Assembly (NCBI GenBank): GCA_045595395.1 | Contig: JAZOAH010000008.1 | Location: forward strand, 27,857 to 91,856 | Reading direction: 5' to 3' | Origin: Eubacteriales bacterium | GTDB taxonomy: Bacteria; Bacillota; Clostridia; Oscillospirales; UMGS1783 | DNA length: 64,000 nucleotides | In this document: piece by piece, positions 1 to 9,035 of the stretch | How the letters are laid out: each line of letters opens with the position of its first letter | How positions within the stretch are numbered: position 1 is the stretch's first letter | Position numbers and translations under genes: made by a program | Notes under the pieces: generated by a model | The model's database searches: none | What the model was told of the DNA's origin: nothing | What the model saw: the letters and a program-made list of their open reading frames with translations, nothing else

Positions 1-955
1 AGAAATACCGACGAGGGACACCAATTTTGACTCGTGATGAACCAACACCCAAATCGGTGCTTATCATGTCACACTCATCCACATACTCATTGGCGTTGAC
101 GCTTGACATATAGTCCATCAAATTGCGTATCCGTCCATGAGGCAGGGGTGACTGAATTAAAGTGTCCAATAAAGACTTTTTGAGAGGTTCATCATCAGAA
201 AGTGATGTGACCCACCCCGGTAAATCTACGCTCAATTCTTTAATGGGAAATTCAAACAATACACTCTCTAAAATGCTGCGTATATCCTGTTCATCCAAGG
301 TGGTGCAATTACAGGCAAGAACAGGCACATCAAATGTTTGATGTAAATGCTCAACGATTGATGTGGCGGCATCTGCTGTCGGTTCAGCACTATTTACAAT
401 GACAACAAATGGCTTATCAAGGTCTTTTAATTCTCGGATAACCCGCTCTTCGGCCTCAAGAAATTCATGCCTTTCCAAATCTCCAAAACTACCGTCCGTG
501 GTCAGAACAATACCGATCGTTGAATGGTCGGTAATAACCTTTTTTGTTCCGATTTCAGCAGCTAGATTAAAGGGGATCGGTTCGGAAAACCATGGCGTAC
601 GAACCATGCGCGGTGTATCGTTTTCAATATACCCTAAGGCGCTGGGAACGATATATCCGACACAGTCGATCATTTTTACGCGTAATGATGCGCCACCGGT
701 CAATTCAATACGAACTGCCTCATCGGGAATAAATTTGGGTTCAGCTGTCATAATTGTTCGCCCGGCCGCACTCTGAGGGAGCTCGTCAATGGCACGCTGC
801 TTTTGAAAATCTCCGCTAATGTTTGGCACAACAAGTGATTCCATAAACCTTTTGATAAAGGTTGATTTTCCTGTTCGTACCGGTCCGACAACTCCGATAT
901 AAATATCACCGTTTGTTCGTCTGCTTATGTCACTATACAATTTGTTTGTATCCAT
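1..955 (-). CDS. spoIVA: Stage IV sporulation protein A (partial, runs off the window edge)
   Basis: Manual translation from ATG 955: MDTNKLYSDISRRTNGDIYIGVVGPVRTGKSTFIKRFM...DELPQSAAGRTIMTAEPKFIP, the SpoIVA N-terminus with Walker A; GGAGGGAG RBS at 961-968. Confidence 0.95.
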   Translation of the reverse strand, partial: MDTNKLYSDISRRTNGDIYIGVVGPVRTGKSTFIKRFMESLVVPNISGDFQKQRAIDELPQSAAGRTIMTAEPKFIPDEAVRIELTGGASLRVKMIDCVGYIVPSALGYIENDTPRMVRTPWFSEPIPFNLAAEIGTKKVITDHSTIGIVLTTDGSFGDLERHEFLEAEERVIRELKDLDKPFVVIVNSAEPTADAATSIVEHLHQTFDVPVLACNCTTLDEQDIRSILESVLFEFPIKELSVDLPGWVTSLSDDEPLKKSLLDTLIQSPLPHGRIRNLMDYMSSVNANEYVDECDMISTDLGVGSSRVKIGVPRRYF

Positions 956-984
956 AGATACTCCCTCCATCCTGTTATCGGTAA

Positions 985-1058
985 ATCATATTAGTCCGGC
1001 ATCTGCTTTATGCAATTTTTTAAGCAAAGATTAGTTCTAAAACCTGTCCGCATAGTAT
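985..1058. promoter_or_regulatory. Candidate divergent sigma-E-type promoters for spoIVA and spoIIIA
   Basis: Minus strand GCATAAA-N14-AATATGAT (1013-985); plus strand CATAGTAT -10-like box at 1051-1058; both operons are sigma-E dependent in studied spore formers. Confidence 0.4.
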
Positions 1059-1087
1059 AAGCATTACTGTACGGAGGGACATACAGT

Positions 1088-2056
1088 ATGCAAAAACCGT
1101 TGATGGACGTAAGCTACTATCTACCACCAACCATTCGACCGATCATAGAAAGCATTGCTCGCAGTGATCCGTTTCCTATACAAGAAATACGTCTGCGTGT
1201 CAATCAGCCTTTAGCGATCGTGGCCGGTGGACAAAATTTGTTTGTAACCAAGCAGGGGGAGATAACCGTTTCTCCCTCTGTTGGGCAAAAAATCACGGGA
1301 AATGATATTAAACACATCTTTATGTGTGCGTGTCAGAATTCCGTTTATGCCTATAATAAGGAACTTCAAAACGGTTATATTACTCTATCCGGCGGGCATC
1401 GTATGGGATTGGCCGGGCGAATTGTATACGAGAACAACTCGATTCATACCATTCGCGATCTGTCTTCACTATCTATCCGCATTGCCGGAGAGAAAAAAGG
1501 CTGTAGCCATGCCCTTTTGCCTTATTTAATAAACAATAAAAGCATACGTTCCTGCGCCATTATTTCGCCGCCCGGAGGCGGCAAAACAACGGTTTTGCGT
1601 GATATTGCCCGTAATATATCGCTACAGGGACACCGCGTATGTGTTATTGATGAACGAGGCGAAATTGCAGGCTGTCATCAAGGTAATGTTGGTTACGATT
1701 TAGGCCCTTCGTGTGATGTGCTGGATAGATGCGATAAGACAGACGGTTTACAGTGGGCGCTACGTTGCCTGTCGCCATCGGTCATGATCGTTGATGAGTT
1801 GGGAAGCAACAGGGAAGCGCAGGCCGTTTTGCAAGGGATCAGCGGCGGTGTCGGCACCATATTTTCCCTTCATGCGGCAAACATGCAGCAGGCACTGCAG
1901 CGTTCTCCCATGTTGTTACTGATGAGGCAACGAGTTCCGGAACTGTGTGTTATGCTCGGCTCATCTCAGACGCCGGGTAAGATCGTGCATATCTATGATT
2001 TTTCACGCAAGGAGGATGCGCTACTTGTTCAAAGCATTTGGAATTCTTCTGCTTAG
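1088..2056 (+). CDS. spoIIIAA: Stage III sporulation protein AA (ATPase)
   Basis: EIRLRVNQP, GYITLSGGHRMG, SPPGGGKTT, IDERGEIAG, DELG motifs; first gene of an 8-gene operon. Confidence 0.95.
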   Translation: MQKPLMDVSYYLPPTIRPIIESIARSDPFPIQEIRLRVNQPLAIVAGGQNLFVTKQGEITVSPSVGQKITGNDIKHIFMCACQNSVYAYNKELQNGYITLSGGHRMGLAGRIVYENNSIHTIRDLSSLSIRIAGEKKGCSHALLPYLINNKSIRSCAIISPPGGGKTTVLRDIARNISLQGHRVCVIDERGEIAGCHQGNVGYDLGPSCDVLDRCDKTDGLQWALRCLSPSVMIVDELGSNREAQAVLQGISGGVGTIFSLHAANMQQALQRSPMLLLMRQRVPELCVMLGSSQTPGKIVHIYDFSRKEDALLVQSIWNSSA

Positions 2057-2510
2057 TACAATACCGATCCTTCTGGGATTGAGAAAAAGTCGTCAACTTG
2101 TGCAACAACGGGAAGATATTGCCGGACTCTTGTTTCTGGTTAATCAATGCCGACAAGACATTGCCTATCAGCAGCTACCGCTTGCCGAATTGATCAGCCG
2201 TCTGCCTAGGCAGCGCTACAAAATTGTTGACTGTTTGATCAAACACATGCAACATGAACCGACACCGTTGTCGGCATGGAACAAAACAAAACAGATCCTC
2301 ACTCATCAACCGTCTTTATCGGTTATGAATGATTTTTTTTCAGCGCTTGGTACCAGTGATCGGGACTCTCAAATAAAAATCTGCAACATGATCGCAGCCA
2401 GACTTGAGGAGCTGCGACTTGCTCTGGAATCAGAAGCATCGACAAAGGCCAAACTGTATCGTACCGTCGGCATACTCGCCGGCGTCTTTATCGCTATATT
2501 ACTCATATAA
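2025..2510 (+). CDS. spoIIIAB: Stage III sporulation protein AB
   Basis: N-terminal TM, LGTSDRDSQ, C-terminal KLYRTVGILAGVFIAILLI; TTG start chosen 9 nt after GGAGG. Confidence 0.88.
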   Translation: MFKAFGILLLSTIPILLGLRKSRQLVQQREDIAGLLFLVNQCRQDIAYQQLPLAELISRLPRQRYKIVDCLIKHMQHEPTPLSAWNKTKQILTHQPSLSVMNDFFSALGTSDRDSQIKICNMIAARLEELRLALESEASTKAKLYRTVGILAGVFIAILLI

Positions 2511-2520
2511 GGATATAATT

Positions 2521-2715
2521 ATGGAAGTTGATCTTATTTTCAAAATTGCTGCTGTTGGGATTGTTATTACGGTACTCAACCAGGTCCTGATACGGTCCGG
2601 CAGGGAGGATCAGGCCATGCTGGTTGCTTTGGCCGGTGTTGTTGTTGTATTATTTATCATCATAGAGCAGGTTAGCGACCTATTCGAAACCGTAAAATCG
2701 GTTTTTGGTTTGTAA
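2521..2715 (+). CDS. spoIIIAC: Stage III sporulation protein AC
   Basis: MEVDLIFKIAAVGIVITVLNQVLIRSGREDQA, 64 aa. Confidence 0.95.
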   Translation: MEVDLIFKIAAVGIVITVLNQVLIRSGREDQAMLVALAGVVVVLFIIIEQVSDLFETVKSVFGL

Positions 2716-3101
2716 TGGATGTTTTGCGGCTGATTGGTATTGGCATGGTCATTTGCTTTGCCAGCGTCACCTTGCGCAATCGAAATCCGGAATTTGCTCT
2801 CATGGTGTCGATAACAGGCGGATTGCTGATTTTAGGATTATTGTTTAGCCAGATCGGAGATGTTGTCGCATACTTTGACGATTTAATTAGCCGATTACAT
2901 ATACCAGCCGACGGCGTGTTGATTCTCATCAAATGTCTTGGTCTTTCCTATATCGCAAAAATTGCCTGCGATACCTGCATCGATTGCGGTGAGACCTCAA
3001 CAGCAACTAAAATTGAATTTGCTGCCAAAGTCGGCATGTTGGTTACGGCCATGCCGCTTTTTGAGCAACTCCTGAACACGGTCACACACTTTTCAGGATA
3101 G
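2715..3101 (+). CDS. spoIIIAD: Stage III sporulation protein AD
   Basis: IKCLGLSYIAKIACDTCIDCGETSTATKIEFAAK motif; operon position. Confidence 0.92.
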   Translation: MDVLRLIGIGMVICFASVTLRNRNPEFALMVSITGGLLILGLLFSQIGDVVAYFDDLISRLHIPADGVLILIKCLGLSYIAKIACDTCIDCGETSTATKIEFAAKVGMLVTAMPLFEQLLNTVTHFSG

Positions 3102-3110
3102 GGACGAGGT

Positions 3111-4217
3111 ATGAGAAAAAAATTTATACTCTTTGCGTTACTTTTCGTAGTGTGTCTGATTTTACCGACAAGGGCATCCGAATTTGACGGACAGGCCGCT
3201 CTGAATGAGCTGTATCAAGCAGCACCAGATCGGATAACGCAACACATAAATCAAGCACAACTCGACACCGAGTCGATTGCCGAAACCTTTCGTATCGAGT
3301 CCCTCATTGATATGCTGACATCCCAGCTGGTGTCAACCTTTACCGAAAATATCGGCATGATGATTTCGGTAATCGGTGCCCTCATCATTATCGGAATCTA
3401 TGACACTCTTCGGAATTCTTTTGCATCTAAGGGGACCGAGAAAATTGCCGACTTTTTTTGTGCCGCCGCAATCGCTTTAGTCCTCTGTCCGCCCTTGTTG
3501 GAACGCGCAAATGAACTGGGACAGGTGATTCGAGAATTATCGGACTATATGGAAATTTCCATGCCGATTCTCAGTAGCCTTTTGGTCGCATCCGGCAATG
3601 CCGCATCAGCATCCGTTCTTCATTTTTTTATCTATTATGCCGCCGTGTTGGCCGGAACACTGTTTGCTGAAGTACTGCTGCCATTAACAGGTACCTATAT
3701 GAGTATTGGTATTTCTGCTGCAATTACCGACAATGACGGATTAAAAAACTTAGCATCTTCCATTCGGACGATCACAACCAAAACCATGGTGTTTTTTTGT
3801 ACTGTTTTTACGGCGCTGTTATCACTACAGGGCTTGATTGCCGGTGCCGGAGATACCGTTTCACGGCGAACGCTTAAGTTGGCAGTTGGATCGTTTTTAC
3901 CTGTTGCTGGAAATCTAATGGCTGAATCGGTGGACACCTTCATGAGCGGGGTAGGTGTGATTCGCTCGGTGGCCGGCGTGTTCGGTGTCATTGTTATATT
4001 TTATTTGATCATCATTCCTGTTCTTAAAACACTGTCTAACTATCTTATCGTTAAAATATCAGCATTCACCGGAGACATGATCGGTACCGCACGTATGCGA
4101 TCTTTTCTGGTTATTGTTGCAGACGGGTATGGCATGATCTTGTCTATTGCTGCCGGTGTAGGTATCATGTTTATTGTGTGTTTGGCCTTTTTATTGATCA
4201 TAGGAGGAGTAACATGA
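3111..4217 (+). CDS. spoIIIAE: Stage III sporulation protein AE
   Basis: Multi-TM protein with signal peptide, GSFLPVAG motif; operon position. Confidence 0.9.
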   Translation: MRKKFILFALLFVVCLILPTRASEFDGQAALNELYQAAPDRITQHINQAQLDTESIAETFRIESLIDMLTSQLVSTFTENIGMMISVIGALIIIGIYDTLRNSFASKGTEKIADFFCAAAIALVLCPPLLERANELGQVIRELSDYMEISMPILSSLLVASGNAASASVLHFFIYYAAVLAGTLFAEVLLPLTGTYMSIGISAAITDNDGLKNLASSIRTITTKTMVFFCTVFTALLSLQGLIAGAGDTVSRRTLKLAVGSFLPVAGNLMAESVDTFMSGVGVIRSVAGVFGVIVIFYLIIIPVLKTLSNYLIVKISAFTGDMIGTARMRSFLVIVADGYGMILSIAAGVGIMFIVCLAFLLIIGGVT

Positions 4218-4693
4218 CCCTAATCAAGGACTATGTTCTGCTCCTAATAGGCGCATGCTTAACCTGCGGAGTCCTGACGATTCTGGCGCCCAGCGGGAGT
4301 TTTGAACAGATCATTCGTCTGATTGGCAGTATTTTTCTTCTTTTGTGCATGATTTCTCCTATGATTGATATATTTCATGAAATGATTGAATATCCGTGGA
4401 ATCATACGGTATCCGATGCAACCGATCAAACATCGAATTCTTGGGCATATATAGCCCATACGATGGAACAAACACTGACCAATACCGTTAACGAATGCGT
4501 GACTACCGTTACCGGGCGAGACGCAAAAGATATTGATCTGGAGATCTCCATCAATAATCAAACATTTGTCGTGACAGATATTACTATTATCCTTTATAGC
4601 AGTGACTCTTCAAAGATTTCAGCCGTCACGGATTATGTTGCTATAAAAACAGGCATCCGGCCAACAGTCATATGCGAACAGAAAGGGGAATAA
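4214..4693 (+). CDS. spoIIIAF: Stage III sporulation protein AF
   Basis: Two N-terminal TMs with LAPSGSFEQIIRLI; GGAGGAG RBS; operon position. Confidence 0.82.
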   Translation: MTLIKDYVLLLIGACLTCGVLTILAPSGSFEQIIRLIGSIFLLLCMISPMIDIFHEMIEYPWNHTVSDATDQTSNSWAYIAHTMEQTLTNTVNECVTTVTGRDAKDIDLEISINNQTFVVTDITIILYSSDSSKISAVTDYVAIKTGIRPTVICEQKGE

Positions 4694-4694
4694 G

Positions 4695-5228
4695 ATGAAG
4701 AATGTAGCGTGGCTGCAGGAAAAAATCCAACCGTTTTTCCTTAAATACGGACTATGGATCGCCCTAGGTGCTTTGGGAATTCTTTTTATTGTTTTATCGT
4801 CAGGAGGTTCTGCAGAGACTCCTGTTACACAATCCGCACAAGATTTTTGTCAGGAATATGTTGAAAATCTGGAGCAAAAACTCAGCCAAATGGTTTGTGA
4901 GGTTGCAGGTGTAAAAGAATGTGATGTCATGATCACATTAAAATCCGGCGTGGAATATGTTTATGCAACCGATGAATCGGCCAATACCGATGTCAACACA
5001 CAAGGGGGAGATAAGAAGGAGCAAAGCGAGGAAAAGATTACCATCGTGACCGATAAGCAAGTCGGTGAAAAGGCCGTCATCATTACCGAACGGTATCCGC
5101 AGATTAACGGAGTTTCTATTATCTGCAATGCTCCTGATTCGCCATCCTTAACGCTGGCAGTAAAAAATGTCGCTGCAACAGCACTCGGGGTCGACTCTGG
5201 AAAAGTATGTGTTATTTTGAAAGGATAG
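4695..5228 (+). CDS. spoIIIAG: Stage III sporulation protein AG
   Basis: YVENLEQKL...VAGV..VMITL, PQINGVSIIC, C-terminal KVCVILK. Confidence 0.9.
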   Translation: MKNVAWLQEKIQPFFLKYGLWIALGALGILFIVLSSGGSAETPVTQSAQDFCQEYVENLEQKLSQMVCEVAGVKECDVMITLKSGVEYVYATDESANTDVNTQGGDKKEQSEEKITIVTDKQVGEKAVIITERYPQINGVSIICNAPDSPSLTLAVKNVAATALGVDSGKVCVILKG

Positions 5229-5235
5229 GTGTCTT

Positions 5236-5754
5236 ATGAAATTTTTGAAAAAACAAATGATTTTGATTGCCGTTGTGGCTGTGATTGGACTTGCCGTTTT
5301 TTTGAATTGGCAGTTAAGCAATAATCAAAATGCCGACGAAGTAATGAGTCAACAACAAAGCACACAAAGCAGCATTTTGGGGCAAGCTGAATTTGTAAGT
5401 TCCAATACCGAATATTTTGACGCCGCACGCCTAAACCGCCAGGAAAGCAGACAACAGGCCATAGATATTGCCAATGGCGTTCTATCCAATGAATCAGCAA
5501 CACAAGATGAACGAGATCAGGCTGCATCACAAATTCTAACGCTGAGTAACGCCGCCGATACCGAAGGCCGCATAGAAAATTTAATTAAAGCTAAAGGATA
5601 CAGCGAATGTGTGGCATTTATTAGTACCGATACCGTGAATATTGTTGTAAAGTCTGATGGCTTAACATCAAATGATGTCATTGCTATTAAGGATATTGCC
5701 GTTGCTCAAACGGAAATGGATGCCGCATCCATAAAAATTATTGAAAGTAAGTAG
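5236..5754 (+). CDS. spoIIIAH: Stage III sporulation protein AH
   Basis: YFDAARLNRQESR and IENLIKAKGYSECV motifs. Confidence 0.92.
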   Translation: MKFLKKQMILIAVVAVIGLAVFLNWQLSNNQNADEVMSQQQSTQSSILGQAEFVSSNTEYFDAARLNRQESRQQAIDIANGVLSNESATQDERDQAASQILTLSNAADTEGRIENLIKAKGYSECVAFISTDTVNIVVKSDGLTSNDVIAIKDIAVAQTEMDAASIKIIESK

Positions 5755-5782
5755 TTGTTTTATCGGAAATTTGTGGTATAAT
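5755..5782 (+). promoter_or_regulatory. Sigma-A promoter candidate for the asp23-family gene
   Basis: TTGTTT-N16-TATAAT with extended -10 (TGTGgTATAAT). Confidence 0.55.
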
Positions 5783-5821
5783 AGATCTGAAGATACCCAA
5801 ACCCCGAAGGAGGTTTAAATT

Positions 5822-6193
5822 ATGGGAAAGTATTTAACCACTGAAGCACTTGGCAATATTCAGATATCGGATGATGTAATTACGGCCATTGTATCCTTGG
5901 CAGCATCTGAGATTGACGGCGTTGTGTCCATCGGAAGCAAGCCTTCAGCCGTTGACATTAAGGATATTATTGGCAAAAAGGGATTCGGCAAAAATGTTCG
6001 TGTTGACATTTCCGGCGGCATGATTACCATTGATGCCGATATCACCATTACGCACGGCAAGCCCATTGCCATGATTGCAGAAAAGGTTCAGGATGCTGTA
6101 AGAGATGCTGTTTCCGATGCAACCGGCCTAGCGGTAGGCAAGGTAAATGTACATGTATGCGGCATTGTTTTCCCCAAGCCCAAAGAAAAGTAA
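5822..6193 (+). CDS. Asp23/Gls24 family envelope stress protein (YqhY-like)
   Basis: GNIQISDDVITAIV, VQDAVRDAV..TGL.V.KVNVHV; lies upstream of nusB as usual. Confidence 0.9.
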   Translation: MGKYLTTEALGNIQISDDVITAIVSLAASEIDGVVSIGSKPSAVDIKDIIGKKGFGKNVRVDISGGMITIDADITITHGKPIAMIAEKVQDAVRDAVSDATGLAVGKVNVHVCGIVFPKPKEK

Positions 6194-6212
6194 AAAAAAT
6201 TGAAAAAAATAT

Positions 6213-6244
6213 CCCTTCGCAGCCTGCGAAGGGTTTATTTTTTT
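6213..6244 (+). terminator. Rho-independent terminator
   Basis: CCCTTCGCA-gcc-TGCGAAGGG followed by a T tract. Confidence 0.75.
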
Positions 6245-6302
6245 GTAAATATATAGTATACTATGTTTATATGAATAAATATTCTACATATTTGGAGGCA
6301 TT

Positions 6303-6710
6303 ATGGATAGACGTTTGGCCCGAAAAGAGGCGCTCAGTTTATTGTTTGATTATACATTTAATGGAGAAAAAAGTGTTGCCGTCTTGTTTGATGATGCTGC
6401 ACAGGCACGTGATTTTGAGCCGGATGACTTTGTAAAAACATTAGTTGCCGGCGTTGTTTCGCAACTGGATGATATAGATGCCGTTATCGAAAACAATCTT
6501 AAGGGCTGGAAAAAGAACCGCCTTTCTCGTGTTGTGCTCACGATCCTTCGCATTGCCATCTACGAGATCCTTTATATGGACAGTGTTCCCATCAGTGTAT
6601 CCATCAATGAGGCCGTGGAATTAGCCAAAATATTCGCTGATGATAAGGATGCGCCTTTTGTTAACGGTCTGCTGGGCAGCGTTGCACGTGCTGTCGAGGC
6701 TAACGAGTAA
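6303..6710 (+). CDS. nusB: Transcription antitermination factor NusB
   Basis: RRLARKEAL, ILRIAIYEI, SINEAVELAK, FVNGLL. Confidence 0.96.
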   Translation: MDRRLARKEALSLLFDYTFNGEKSVAVLFDDAAQARDFEPDDFVKTLVAGVVSQLDDIDAVIENNLKGWKKNRLSRVVLTILRIAIYEILYMDSVPISVSINEAVELAKIFADDKDAPFVNGLLGSVARAVEANE

Positions 6711-7927
6711 TGAATGCCATTACCGTTAAACAACTGAATACTTATGTAAAAGCACTGATTGAGTCAGACGTCCGGCTTCATCATGTTGTTGTCAAGGGCG
6801 AGTTGTCAAATTTTAAGAATCATAGCTCCGGCCATTGCTATTTCAGTCTGAAATATGACGGTTGCGTCGTCCGTGCCGTTATGTTTCGTTCATCAGCGGC
6901 CAAACTGACCTTTACCCCTAAAGACGGTATGCAGGTTATTGCACAAGGAAGGGTATCGGTCTTTGAGCGGGACGGCAACTATCAATTATATGTCGATGCC
7001 ATGTCAATGGACGGACAAGGGGATCTGTATGTAGCCTTTGAAATGCTCAAGCGCAAGCTTGAAGCTGAAGGTTTATTTGACACAGCAAGAAAGCGCCCCT
7101 TACCTAAAACACCGCTTCGTGTGGGTGTTATTACATCTCCGACAGGCGCGGCGGTGAGGGACATCATCAATGTTCTCGGCCGTCGTTTTCCTACAGCCAA
7201 CGTCTATTTATATCCCGTTTTAGTTCAAGGGACGGGAGCGGCAGCATCCATTTGTGAAGCGCTAGCCTATTTTTCCGTCAATCGAGCAGCCGATGTGCTG
7301 ATCGTGGGGCGGGGCGGAGGCTCCATCGAGGATCTATGGGCCTTTAATGAAGAAAGCGTTGCTCGTGCCATTGCAGACAGTGACATTCCGGTGATCTCAG
7401 CCGTCGGCCATGAAACCGATTTCACCATTGCCGATTTTGTATCCGATATGCGTGCACCTACACCATCCGCAGCGGCCGAATTGGCCGTACCGGATACACG
7501 CTCACTGATGAATAAATTTGACAATGTCACAGCCCGCCTTAAACTGCTACTGACATCGAATGTTACCCAAAGACGGCAACAGTTGACCTATTTGACCGAA
7601 CACTCCACGCTGCGGCATCCTGAAAAATTATTGGATGAACGCCGACTTGTCGTCGATCATCTGTGCATGAATATGTGCAATCAGATGCAACTGAAGTATG
7701 CAGCAGACAAGGGCCGCTTTAACACGGTCGTTGCCAAGCTGGATTCCTTAAGTCCTTTGTCAGTCCTTAGCCGAGGCTTTTCAGTTATGAAAAGTGATGA
7801 GGGCCAAATTATCAAAAGCGCAACACAACTTTCCATCGGACAACAACTTCAGGTGAACCTTGCTGACGGACAAACCGATATTGAGGTACTTTCGATTCAT
7901 TTGAGTGAGGATAATGATCATGAATAA
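6710..7927 (+). CDS. xseA: Exodeoxyribonuclease VII large subunit
   Basis: GELSNFK..SGHCYFSLK, GRGGGSIEDLWAFN, SAVGHETD, APTPSAAAE. Confidence 0.97.
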   Translation: MNAITVKQLNTYVKALIESDVRLHHVVVKGELSNFKNHSSGHCYFSLKYDGCVVRAVMFRSSAAKLTFTPKDGMQVIAQGRVSVFERDGNYQLYVDAMSMDGQGDLYVAFEMLKRKLEAEGLFDTARKRPLPKTPLRVGVITSPTGAAVRDIINVLGRRFPTANVYLYPVLVQGTGAAASICEALAYFSVNRAADVLIVGRGGGSIEDLWAFNEESVARAIADSDIPVISAVGHETDFTIADFVSDMRAPTPSAAAELAVPDTRSLMNKFDNVTARLKLLLTSNVTQRRQQLTYLTEHSTLRHPEKLLDERRLVVDHLCMNMCNQMQLKYAADKGRFNTVVAKLDSLSPLSVLSRGFSVMKSDEGQIIKSATQLSIGQQLQVNLADGQTDIEVLSIHLSEDNDHE

Positions 7928-8171
7928 TAATGAAAAAAAACTGACATTTGAAGAAAGCTTAAAGCGTTTGGAAGAAATAGTACATGCTTTGGAAAACGGA
8001 GAGACCCCACTGGAGGAGTCCATTAAATTATTTGAAGAGGGCGTCAAGCTATCCGGCTATTGCAACGCCTTATTGGAAACGGCTGAACAAAAGGTTTCTG
8101 TATTAACAAAAGATGCTTCCGGTGCTGTTACCGAAGCCCCCATGTCGGAGATGCGTAATGAATATGTTTGA
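7920..8171 (+). CDS. xseB: Exodeoxyribonuclease VII small subunit
   Basis: TFEESLKRLEEIV..LE.GE.PLEESIKLFEEG. Confidence 0.95.
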   Translation: MNNNEKKLTFEESLKRLEEIVHALENGETPLEESIKLFEEGVKLSGYCNALLETAEQKVSVLTKDASGAVTEAPMSEMRNEYV

Positions 8172-9024
8172 GGCTTATCTGACGCAAATAGAAAAAGCGT
8201 TAGACCTATATGTGCCGGACCGAAAAGGGGAGGCCGATGCACTGGTCTTTGAGGCTGCAAGATACAGTCTTTTGGCCGGCGGTAAGCGCATCCGGCCCAT
8301 TCTGTTGCTGGAATTTGCCAAACTTTTTGGTGTTCCTGCATCCGCAGCCATGCCCTTTGCTTGCGCACTGGAATGCATCCACACCTATTCCTTGATTCAT
8401 GATGACATGCCCTGCATGGACAACGATGACCTACGCCGTAATCGACCGACAAATCACAAAGTATACGGCGATGCCATGGCTCTCTTGGCCGGCGACGCTC
8501 TTCTCAATCGTGCCTATGAGATCATGCTTGCTGCGGTAACAAACGATAAGACAGCTAAGGCCGCATCCTATATTGCTGACTGCGCCGGCGTGAATGGTAT
8601 GGTCGGCGGTCAATGCATTGATTTGGATAACGAAGGAAAAAAGATATCCGCTCAAATACTGCATCAAATGCACGCAAAAAAGACAGGAGCCCTCATCCGT
8701 GCAGCTTGCGTCGGCGGCACCCTTTTGGGGACCGATGACGCCGAAACAATCGCCATTGCTGAACGATATGCTCTTGAACTGGGTATTGCCTTTCAAATTA
8801 TAGATGACATTTTGGATGTAGTAGGGGATGCCTCCCGACTGGGAAAAAACATCGGAATGGATGCTGAACAAGGGAAAAACACGTTTGTATCGATATACGG
8901 ACTGTCAAAAGCCAAGGAAATGGCGCAAACACACACACAACGGGCCATGGATATATTAAAACAACTGCCTCCCAGTGAATTTCTGGTAGAATGTACGCAG
9001 TTTTTGTTACAAAGAAAATATTAA
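8158..9024 (+). CDS. ispA: Farnesyl/geranyl diphosphate synthase
   Basis: GGKRIRP, HDDMPCMDNDDLRR, FQIIDDILD. Confidence 0.95.
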   Translation: MNMFEAYLTQIEKALDLYVPDRKGEADALVFEAARYSLLAGGKRIRPILLLEFAKLFGVPASAAMPFACALECIHTYSLIHDDMPCMDNDDLRRNRPTNHKVYGDAMALLAGDALLNRAYEIMLAAVTNDKTAKAASYIADCAGVNGMVGGQCIDLDNEGKKISAQILHQMHAKKTGALIRAACVGGTLLGTDDAETIAIAERYALELGIAFQIIDDILDVVGDASRLGKNIGMDAEQGKNTFVSIYGLSKAKEMAQTHTQRAMDILKQLPPSEFLVECTQFLLQRKY

Positions 9025-9035
9025 ATGGTGAAATC

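Noticed and set aside
363-776. 137-aa plus-strand ORF
   Set aside because: Antisense shadow of spoIVA
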